From assembly GCA_016782445.1 (NCBI GenBank), contig JADHYM010000002.1, positions 583 to 64,582 on the forward strand: 64,000 bases of DNA, in the 5' to 3' direction. A program made the translations under genes and the position numbers. Of this stretch, positions 16,398-26,800 are shown piece after piece (position 1 is the first letter of the stretch; every line of letters starts with the position of its first letter). The DNA comes from Candidatus Omnitrophota bacterium (GTDB lineage: Bacteria > Omnitrophota > Gorgyraeia > JABMRN01 > RBG-13-46-9). The notes beneath the pieces are model-generated. The model searched no databases, was not told where the DNA came from, and worked only from the letters and a program-made list of their open reading frames with translations.

Positions 16398-16556
16398 ATG
16401 CCGGGAATATCAATTTTAAAGGAACTCTGGGGCTTTCTGATGGAGAGAAAGAAATGGTGGCTTTTTCCGATCATCATCATACTGCTACTTCTGGGCCTTT
16501 TAATAATCTTCACTGAGTCTTCGGCCGTCGCTCCTTTTATTTATACGCTATTCTAA
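16398..16556 (+). CDS. DUF5989 (SxtK-like) small membrane protein, 52 aa (below the ORF-track cutoff)
   Basis: My own translation is MPGISILKELWGFLMERKKWWLFPIIIILLLLGLLIIFTESSAVAPFIYTLF. The KKWWL..P...LLLLG..I......APFIYTLF pattern matches my recollection of the family. AAGGAG lies upstream. Confidence 0.65.
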   Translation: MPGISILKELWGFLMERKKWWLFPIIIILLLLGLLIIFTESSAVAPFIYTLF

Positions 16557-16589
16557 TTAGTGAATAGTCGTTAGTGAATAGTATTTAGT

Positions 16590-16946
16590 ATGAAGATACG
16601 AAGTTTTAAAGATCTTAATATCTGGAAAAGAAGTATCGAGTTAGTAGAGAATCTATATAAGGAAACTAAATTTTTTCCAAAAAAAGAAATTTACGGGTTG
16701 ACCAGTCAAATAAGACGTTCATCCGTATCTATACCTTCCAATATAGCGGAAGGTTTTGCAAGATATCACAATAAAGAATATAAGCAATTTTTATACATAG
16801 CGCTTGGAAGCTGCGCTGAACTTACAACACAAATTATCATCGCAGTAAAATTGGACTATTTACATGAAAATAAAGCTGACAATTTATTAAATGAAGTTGA
16901 AGAAATAAGCAAAATGACAATGGGTCTAATTAAAAAACTAAACTAA
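16590..16946 (+). CDS. Four-helix-bundle protein (23S rRNA intervening-sequence protein family)
   Basis: FKDLNIWKRSIELV..IY..T..FPKKE.YGLTSQIRRSSVSIPSNIAEGF.R is the characteristic family signature. Flanked by mutually complementary word repeats (ttagtgaatagtcgttagtgaatagt and actatcgactaatgactagcgactaa). Confidence 0.88.
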   Translation: MKIRSFKDLNIWKRSIELVENLYKETKFFPKKEIYGLTSQIRRSSVSIPSNIAEGFARYHNKEYKQFLYIALGSCAELTTQIIIAVKLDYLHENKADNLLNEVEEISKMTMGLIKKLN

Positions 16947-16976
16947 ATACTATCGACTAATGACTAGCGACTAATT

Positions 16977-17552
16977 ATGAATATCGCGGTATTTGTTTCA
17001 GGAAACGGGACGAACCTTCAGGCCATAATTAACGCAGTAAAAAAAGGCGTTATAAAGGCGAAAATCGCGCTTGTTGTGAGCAACAAAAAAGATGCATATG
17101 CTCTCACGCGCGCGAAAAACGAATGTATAGAAACGTTTGTCCTGGATCATAAAAAATTTTCTTCCCGCGAGAAATACGATAAGGAAATAATAAAGGAGCT
17201 TGAAAAACGCAATATTAATCTGATAACGCTTGCCGGATTCATGAGACTTTTAAGCCCTTATTTTATAAAAAAGTATCAAGGAAAAATTATGAACATACAT
17301 CCCTCGCTTCTCCCTGTCTTTAAAGGCACCCACGGAATAAGGGATGCTTTCGAAGCGGGCGTTAAAAAAACAGGCGTTACAGTGCATTTTGTCGATGAAG
17401 AGCTTGACCACGGGCCTATAATTATGCAGAAAGAAGTAAGCGTAGAAAAAACAGATACCCTGGAAACGCTCGAAGAAAAGATTCATAAAGTAGAACACGA
17501 GTTATATCCTCAAGCAATCAAATCGGTCGTAAACGGGAAAACGAAATTTTAG
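16977..17552 (+). CDS. purN: Phosphoribosylglycinamide formyltransferase
   Basis: NIAVFVSGNGTNLQAII, LAGFMRLLS, NIHPSLLP and TGVTVHFVDEELDHGPII motifs. Confidence 0.93.
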   Translation: MNIAVFVSGNGTNLQAIINAVKKGVIKAKIALVVSNKKDAYALTRAKNECIETFVLDHKKFSSREKYDKEIIKELEKRNINLITLAGFMRLLSPYFIKKYQGKIMNIHPSLLPVFKGTHGIRDAFEAGVKKTGVTVHFVDEELDHGPIIMQKEVSVEKTDTLETLEEKIHKVEHELYPQAIKSVVNGKTKF

Positions 17553-17565
17553 CCACGAGATTTAG

Positions 17566-19158
<1,593 letters not shown>

Positions 19159-19245
19159 GGCAAGATGACTGTAGCGTAGCCTTTCAGACGAATTTTATGG
19201 CTCACGGCAGTTGATGTCGAACAATCTTGAAAGGTTTTTCAGCAA

Positions 19246-19275
19246 AAAGGAATGCTTCATAGATCGCATTCCTTT
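19246..19275. terminator. Bidirectional stem-loop between ftsB (+) and tRNA-Met (-)
   Basis: aaaggaatgc / gcattccttt is a perfect 10-bp stem. T-rich sequence follows it on both strands. Confidence 0.6.
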
Positions 19276-19308
19276 CTTTGCTTCAGAATCAAATTTTCTT
19301 CGAAAATT

Positions 19309-19385
<77 letters not shown>

Positions 19386-19636
19386 ATAATCAAATAGCGT
19401 GATTGGTATTATATCAAACCCACCGGCAATGTCAAATCATTTTTAAATAAACTTACGTTAACCACCCCAGTCCCTGGGACTACGATGGCCGAAACGTTAA
19501 ATATGAAAAAGGCAGATATTTATTACATACCTGTTACACATAATATGGGAAATTATGCTATATTTGTGCCAAGTCCGTTAACCGTATAACAAGCTTACTA
19601 TATGACCCTATTATATTATAAGAATATTGATAAAAT

Positions 19637-22600
19637 ATGAATATGATTACCAGGCAATATAAGTCTTATTTTCCCGCTTGGATGCGTATAATAGCGAGTA
19701 TTCTCGTTATTACATTCTTATGGCAGGATGTAATATGGGCATACCCTGATATAAATAATTCACGCCGCACATCACAAAAAGACACACTTCAAGTAGAAAC
19801 CATTCTGTCTAACCCGAAAAACTTTCATATCGCTACGCCGAGCCTTATTCAACAGGCTATTGAAAATTCTGTAGCTTCTCGAAATGAATTAACGCTAGAT
19901 GACATAAAAGAAACTTTAAAAAACTGCGACAAATGGAAATCCGAACAATTCAGAAATTACGACTGGCAAGTTTATAAAAGCGAACAGAATGCTAATGATA
20001 CAGAAATTATCATTACTTTCAAGGATTACAATAACAATCCCTATAGTTGGCTGAGATATCACCACTGGTCGCCTGATCCAACACAGCAGCAGACTATTGA
20101 AGAACAGCATCTTTCGCAGCCATTATGGAAAGGCGATAACGTAAAAACCGACACAGTAAACCGTTATCTTCGCAGACAGATCAAGGTTTGGGCGCAACAA
20201 AATCCCGATACCGGTCAATCCCAACCGGCCCCACACGGAAACGCCATTGATCCACGCAAGTTAGAACAGGCTTCGATGGTAGGGGCCGGAACTGCGCTAA
20301 TTCTTGCGTTGGCTTCTTTTAGCACCCAAAAAACACTTTTTTCTGTTGGAGTAAGCTTGCTTTTTTTGGCTACGGTGCTCATACTTCCAATGCTGACGTC
20401 GCTTTTTATAAAAAAGGCTCTTTTGTTTAAAGGAAAAAAATATCCTATTATACGCGGCTTGCAAGGCGCCGAAGATATAGCATTTGTAATCCCTCAAGAC
20501 TCAAGCGCGCAAGGTAAGCTCTCTTATTATTCATATGACGTAGAAGAAAAACTCAAAAGTAAAAAAGAAGATATCCCGCAAATAAAGAGCGCATTATTCA
20601 TAGATGAAACTGCCATGAAACATCTGCATCCATTTTTCCAGAGGATTGTATTTATTCACGAGGTACTCATTCATAAGATATTAAGGATTGATTTGGAGCC
20701 CGTAGCAGTGGTGTTTACTTTTTGCCTGCCGGCTCTGGCAGTATTAGATATTCTGCTTTTTGGTTTCGGGTGGTTTCTTACAAGGCCCGATCGTATCTTT
20801 TTAGCGGGATTAATTGTATATAACTTGCTCGTTATTATCCTTTCCTGGGTTGTTGCCATGAGTGTAGGCACAACAAAAACAAAAGCAGGCCATAGGCGTA
20901 TAGATACAGAAAGGCACAGACATCTGAACAATACAGAAGTAGATAGAATTATATCTCATTATGCGCACAAAAAAACACTTACGGAAGAAGAGCGGATGAC
21001 ATATTGGCGCGACTGGCTGGAAGGCGGAGAAGCCCAAGAAAAAATAGAACTTATACCCGTAAAAGACAGGCCAGATGATATTATTGTTGTTAAAGCTTCT
21101 TGCGCGTCAAGCGTTACAGAAGAGGAATTTGTAAGAATATTAGAGAAATCCGAAAAGCGTTCATTTGTGCTTATAATATCCGACAATGGATTAATAGAAG
21201 GTTCCCCGGGCGAACTTAATATTAATAAGCGAAAAAAGAGGATAGATAAAATAGCTAAAACCGCTGAAAACGCTCTTGATGCGATCAATCGAAGCCAGCC
21301 ATTTCTTATTAGCCCCATGCGCAGATTTATAAGAAAGGATATGCGCTCAACAATCTATAATATAGGACGCCTGAGAGACCTTACCAGGCTTTTTAGAAAA
21401 AGGCTCGATGATATTAAAGAAGGAAGCGTTGAACCGGAGGCTGTAGCGTGTGAGGTTCATGGCGAGGTGGAAAAACTGAAAGTGCTTCTCGCATGGCTTA
21501 AGAAAAAGAGATATAGAAAACTCATTTTTATGGGGGATTACATTGGAAAAGAAAAAAATGGCCTTGAGGCAATAGATATTTTAATGGAACACGTAACCCA
21601 AAAAGAAACACCGCATCTTACTCTTCTAATGGGCGCATCTGAGCATCTTTTCCTGCGAGCCATGTTTGGTGACCAGAGCGCGTGCTACGGCGGGCCGTTT
21701 ACAAAAACGTGGTCAATCAAATCTCAGGAAGGCAAGGCCGTGATGGAGTCGCTTAAGGAAGTTGGCAAAAAAGCGATGCTCATGTCGTATACCTCTCCGC
21801 AAATGACAGATCAGATAAGGCGCATAAAGGAATTCGAAGAGGCCCTGTTCCATATAGCAAAACGAGAACGCCGAAACATAGATAGCATAAGGGCGGAATG
21901 GTACAGATTTCATCCCAGACTACTGGACATAGCGCAATTTATGGTAGATAACATGTATTTTGTTTTTCACGAGGACACGCATCACAACATTTATCTTTCA
22001 GGAGGAATACCCGCAGACTTTGAGCAGCGTGGTTTACGGGGCATAGCAGCGCTTATATCCATGGAAGAAGAGTTTAGAGAAAATGCAAAAAAATCAATTC
22101 ATATCTCAAAACTTATGAGTAAAGTATGGAGGGTAACACATGAGAGAGAATCGGCTTATGAAAGAACAAGCCAGGAAAGGGTCGAAGACGTAATAAAGGT
22201 TTTATCAAAACAAAAAGGCCTAAACGCGCTTTTTGACAGAGAATTCATAGATAATAATACGCTTGACCAAATGAGGGCTTCGATAGACGAAAATACATCC
22301 GGTAAAGAGTTGGATGTAATTTTTAGAAATCTTTCCAAGATCCTTACCGAAACGAGAGAATCCATACCCGAAGAATTTAAGGAAATATTTGAAAGCTTTC
22401 TCCGGACAACATATGTCGCCCGGGGACTTAATATCTCTGATGTAGCCAAGCGCCAGAGAAGAGAACTGAACCTGGGCGTGAATACCATATTTAGCCTGTC
22501 AGATTTTACACGGGGCATACAAAAACTTGGGCAGGTCAGGCTGCTTGATAAAAACGGGAATCTTCTTTGCGTATCAGTTGATGCATTGCTGCGCGGAGAG

Positions 22601-23833
22601 TTTGAAGCGGATACAGTATTGACCGGTAAGACAAAAGATGAGATAACGCCCGGGCGTTCGCTGGAAAGTATAACAAAAAGGAAGCTGTGGGGGCTTAGAA
22701 TAGAGAATGTTGAAAGGGTGCCGGGCGTAGAGGAAGTGGTTTCAAAATGCAACTATCTTGCCAGCGGTTTGCGCGATAAATGGAACAAGAGGCTTCTGGC
22801 AAATATCAAGTTTGTGCTTACTATGCCTCTGGTGAGGAGGTCTTTACTGACTGTCATTCTGCTTATTCTTGACGCGTCATGGATTTACTTTAGACTCAAT
22901 TCTCCGGAAGCGTTTGGCATTTCGGATTTATTATACTTAGGAATGCGTGTATCCATGGTAAAAAGTGCTGATGAAAGACGCCCTTTAGATGAAGAAGAAC
23001 AGTTAGGCGCTCTTGTAAGAAGATACCCGGAAGAAGCTATTCATGGCGTTTGCGAACAAGAATACCATGATCCGGCTGCTTCGGCACTGAATGATGGAAA
23101 ATCCGCAAGTTTGACTACTTCAGAAGCGATAAAAGAAAATGCGAAAGAAATTATGCCGCTTTTAGTGCGATACCTTATGAAATGGGCAAAGAACGTTTAT
23201 AAAGAAGAAGGCTCTAAAACCCAAGAAAAAGACAGCGTTGTGATGCTCCTTGATGTGCCGCCTGAATACTTTGTCAGAATAAAACAGTTAATAAAAGAGT
23301 CTGTTATTGATCCGCTAAGAAGGATTAGCGGAAATAACGACGACATAAAACGGATTCTCGTAAATCTGGAATTTGCAGATAGCCAAAAAATCGAAGTTAT
23401 AAAAGAAAGAATCAGAAATAACACTTTAAGGTCACGCAACGTGATTGTTGTAACAAATGAGTTGAATCAAGACAAATTTAAAGAATTTATAAGTTCTTTT
23501 ATAACAGTATTAGACTCCTCAGATCTTGTAAGGATGGATGGGCCTAACCAGGAAACGTATTACCCGTATTTCGAAGCCACATTTTTCGCGCTTGTAAGGG
23601 CCTTAGACGACATCGTGGGCGAAAACATAAAGCATGACACATTAGCATGGTATAAAAAAATACCGAACGCAGAAATTCTTACCGAAGCAGAAATCATGGA
23701 CCGTTGTTTTGAGAAAAATGGTATGGCTAAAAGACAGGTTATTATAAAACTTGTCCCCCAGGCAAAACCGTTTAACCCGGAGGAACTCAGAGAAATTTAC
23801 AGGGCGATTGAGGAATTGATTCGCAAGGCATAG
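19637..23833 (+). CDS. Giant membrane protein 1 (1398 aa), function unknown; paralogous at both termini to the next gene
   Basis: Uninterrupted 4.2-kb ORF. N-terminal anchor with the FLWQDVIWAYP motif. Hydrophobic clusters at roughly aa 214-257, 355-410 and 1057-1085. Degenerate metallophosphatase-like motifs at aa 605-670. The C-terminal ~237 aa align with the C-terminus of ORF 23843-32359. Confidence 0.8.
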   Translation: MNMITRQYKSYFPAWMRIIASILVITFLWQDVIWAYPDINNSRRTSQKDTLQVETILSNPKNFHIATPSLIQQAIENSVASRNELTLDDIKETLKNCDKWKSEQFRNYDWQVYKSEQNANDTEIIITFKDYNNNPYSWLRYHHWSPDPTQQQTIEEQHLSQPLWKGDNVKTDTVNRYLRRQIKVWAQQNPDTGQSQPAPHGNAIDPRKLEQASMVGAGTALILALASFSTQKTLFSVGVSLLFLATVLILPMLTSLFIKKALLFKGKKYPIIRGLQGAEDIAFVIPQDSSAQGKLSYYSYDVEEKLKSKKEDIPQIKSALFIDETAMKHLHPFFQRIVFIHEVLIHKILRIDLEPVAVVFTFCLPALAVLDILLFGFGWFLTRPDRIFLAGLIVYNLLVIILSWVVAMSVGTTKTKAGHRRIDTERHRHLNNTEVDRIISHYAHKKTLTEEERMTYWRDWLEGGEAQEKIELIPVKDRPDDIIVVKASCASSVTEEEFVRILEKSEKRSFVLIISDNGLIEGSPGELNINKRKKRIDKIAKTAENALDAINRSQPFLISPMRRFIRKDMRSTIYNIGRLRDLTRLFRKRLDDIKEGSVEPEAVACEVHGEVEKLKVLLAWLKKKRYRKLIFMGDYIGKEKNGLEAIDILMEHVTQKETPHLTLLMGASEHLFLRAMFGDQSACYGGPFTKTWSIKSQEGKAVMESLKEVGKKAMLMSYTSPQMTDQIRRIKEFEEALFHIAKRERRNIDSIRAEWYRFHPRLLDIAQFMVDNMYFVFHEDTHHNIYLSGGIPADFEQRGLRGIAALISMEEEFRENAKKSIHISKLMSKVWRVTHERESAYERTSQERVEDVIKVLSKQKGLNALFDREFIDNNTLDQMRASIDENTSGKELDVIFRNLSKILTETRESIPEEFKEIFESFLRTTYVARGLNISDVAKRQRRELNLGVNTIFSLSDFTRGIQKLGQVRLLDKNGNLLCVSVDALLRGEFEADTVLTGKTKDEITPGRSLESITKRKLWGLRIENVERVPGVEEVVSKCNYLASGLRDKWNKRLLANIKFVLTMPLVRRSLLTVILLILDASWIYFRLNSPEAFGISDLLYLGMRVSMVKSADERRPLDEEEQLGALVRRYPEEAIHGVCEQEYHDPAASALNDGKSASLTTSEAIKENAKEIMPLLVRYLMKWAKNVYKEEGSKTQEKDSVVMLLDVPPEYFVRIKQLIKESVIDPLRRISGNNDDIKRILVNLEFADSQKIEVIKERIRNNTLRSRNVIVVTNELNQDKFKEFISSFITVLDSSDLVRMDGPNQETYYPYFEATFFALVRALDDIVGENIKHDTLAWYKKIPNAEILTEAEIMDRCFEKNGMAKRQVIIKLVPQAKPFNPEELREIYRAIEELIRKA

Positions 23834-23842
23834 CAGGAATAT

Positions 23843-26800
23843 ATGGATATGAGTAAAGAGATATATAAAAGCAATTTTCGCATGTGGATACGCGTCATAA
23901 GCTGCGTGTTGATCACTGCATTCTTATGGCAGGATGTTCTATGGGCAAATCCCGAAGCGTTCCAGCCTAAAACACACACACTTGCCCAACCAACACTTGC
24001 CACAGATGCGAACAAAGTTGAATCCTTCAAAAGATGGACCGCCTTTACCATGGAAAAAGAGATCCGCAAGACACTTCTGCGAGGACAAAAACCAACCCTT
24101 TCCACGATAGAAGGCCTTTTGCCAAACATAGAAACCGCAGCCAGAAATTTTGGAGTATCTGAACCGACAATCAAGGGCCACCACTTAGACGGCGCTATAA
24201 AGATTGAGTTTGAAGACGGCGATGGGCTTCTTTACTATGATCCGAACATTAGCCCGGGTCATGCAGAAAGCAATGCCTGGGACCATCAGCGCACACCCGG
24301 CAAACGAATAGCCGAAGATAAGCGCGTTATAGATTACGACTCTGAAGACAAGGACTATCTCCGCGCGCAGGTAATAAAAAACACAAACCCCGCCTCACCA
24401 ATCAATATTCTTCTTATTCAGCCTGTAATACCGGGATCTGCCCATAAAGACAATATATTAAGGCAACAACTCGGCCTTCTTTCCATAGCCAGTTTTTTAA
24501 GATCAAAAGGGCACAGTGTTACAATACTTAATCTGGATTTTAAAAATGAAAAAACCCGATATAAAGCGTATCTGGATAAAATAAAGCCGGATCTAGTCGG
24601 GATAACGGCCATAACACGCCTCTATCAAAACGCTTGTGAAATAGCCTCATCTACTAAAGAGCTGATTCCGGAAGCAAAGCTTGTCCTCGGAGGCGTACAC
24701 GCATCGGTTTTTCACGGTGAAATACTTAAAGAGTCAAGCTTTGATGCTGTAATTCCGTACGAAGGGGAAGAAGCATTTTACGATTTAGCAGAAGAAATTT
24801 CCAGAAACCCGCATGACCTATCCTCGGTGCGGGGGATTTACTGGCGAAATGCCAAGGGATTAATAATCGAAAATGCGCCTAGAGAACATTACATAGATCT
24901 TGATGAGCTTCCATTTGCTTCGGACGCCTTGGATCTTGTAACCGGAGCAAATTTTTTAAAAAACAACAATACCTTGCCCATAATGCCTGTCGTGACCGCA
25001 CGAGGATGCCCATATAACTGCGCTTATTGTTCGGGAAGTCAAACCGTTACAAAGATACGGCTGCGCAGCGCAAAAAATGTTGTCGATGAACTGGAAAAAT
25101 TGTACAAAACAAGGAAAACGCGGGCCTTTTTCTTTTGGGACAATACCTTTACGCTGAATCGTAAAAGAGCTATTGAAATAGCCGATCTTATAATTGAAAG
25201 GGGCCTGGGTATAAATTTCTATATACAGACAAGAGCGGACCGCCTGGATGAGGAGCTGGTTAGAAAATTAAAGAAGGCGGGGTTAAGACGAATATCGATA
25301 GGCGTTGAAAGCGCGGATCCGGCTGTTTTACGGGAAATTAACAAGGAACTCGATTTGGAAAAAGTAAAAGAAGCTACCGAAACGGCAAAACGGCACGGCG
25401 TAGCGATAAAACACTTTTACATGGTAGGAGTACCGGGGCAGGATTGGCAAAGCGTGCTTAAAACCGCGCAATTTATCGTAGAGACAAAACCGGATCAGAT
25501 AGAAGTGAGCTTTTTGTTGCCTTTTCCCGGCACGAAATATTTTAATGACCCGCGGATAAAGTTTTCAGGCATAAAAAAACACGACTTTGCTTCATATGTT
25601 GATATTGTGCTCAAGTCCGAATCTGAAATAGAAAATACAAAAGCCGTAATAGATACCGACACAATGACACACGATGAGATAAAAAGGGCGCGAAAACTAA
25701 TTATAGCGGCACACGCCAATTTAAATAATCCTACGGAATTATCGGCAATACTCCGGGAGATAGAAACTGAAGCAGCTTCTAAAACCGATGGCGCAAATAA
25801 GCTACTGTGGGGCGTTCGATGTAATAAATTAAAGGCGAGAATAGTCACGCTTGCCATCGCGTTTTTGGCCGGCAACGCTTTCGCGATAGTAAAGCGCGAA
25901 ATGCTCGAGGACCTCGGAGCGAGCCCGGATTTTATAGAAGCAGCAATGCCTGTCATAGGGGTCATATCCCTGGCGCTTGGCATATCGCTTACGCTCTTTC
26001 TTGTCTGGAGAATAATAATAGGCTTCACAGTTATATTGAAAAAATCCGATATACCCGGGCTTATCCATAAAAATGACAGAAAGCAGGATGCAAAAGAAAG
26101 CCGTTATTCCCTCTACGAGTACATATCGCTTTGCAGGGAAAACAAAGACAATGTTATGTCCATTAAAATGCCGCCGACTTTGCTGAAACAAGTAAAAGAC
26201 TTTCTGCTCGAGGAAGAAGCAGAATACCCAGTTTACCTTCTCTATCACGCCGATGAGAGCGGCAATATTGCCTGCGGAACCGTAACACTGCGCACTGATG
26301 ACGGAATAACGGAAGTGATAGTGGAAAAGGAAAAAGGGACGCGCCTGAGGCAGCTGCCCGAGGAATTTATAACAGACGAAATTCTCACAAGAAGCCCGAA
26401 AAACATAATCTTTCAAAAAAGGCTTGTTAATGCAAAAAGACTGGCGCATCTTCTTCCGGATCACGTGAACGCCCTGCAAACCCCGCGCGGAAAAAGCCTC
26501 ACCGACAAAGTAGCGGCAAGGTTAAAAATCAACCCCGGTATGTTTTACAAAACAAAACCTGATTATATTCATTACGTGGAAAATGAGCTTAAATTTAAAG
26601 AAAGGGAAATGCTTTATTTCAAAGCTCTCCTTTCGGACCGGTTTTTTAGGATAGGCGACATATGCTGGTGGTTCCAGCACTATCTTACGAATTTAATAGC
26701 GGGCCTGGTGTACGCTTCAATATTGACCTATGCAGCCGACCTTAAAGTGCTGAGCACTTTTAATTTTGTAACATATCTCATGACCCTTACCGTTATCCCG

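Noticed and set aside
20657-20674. HEVLIH in giant protein 1 as a zinc-protease motif
   Set aside because: The spacing is HExxxH, not HExxH. I mention it only as a weak parallel to the HELRH site of giant protein 2.
22156-22752. 198-aa minus-strand ORF inside giant gene 1, and similar ORFs (25495-26028, 25829-26479) inside giant gene 2
   Set aside because: The + strand frames are open for 4.2 and 8.5 kb and carry recognisable domains. Long antisense ORFs are expected by chance in such AT-rich, stop-poor sequence.
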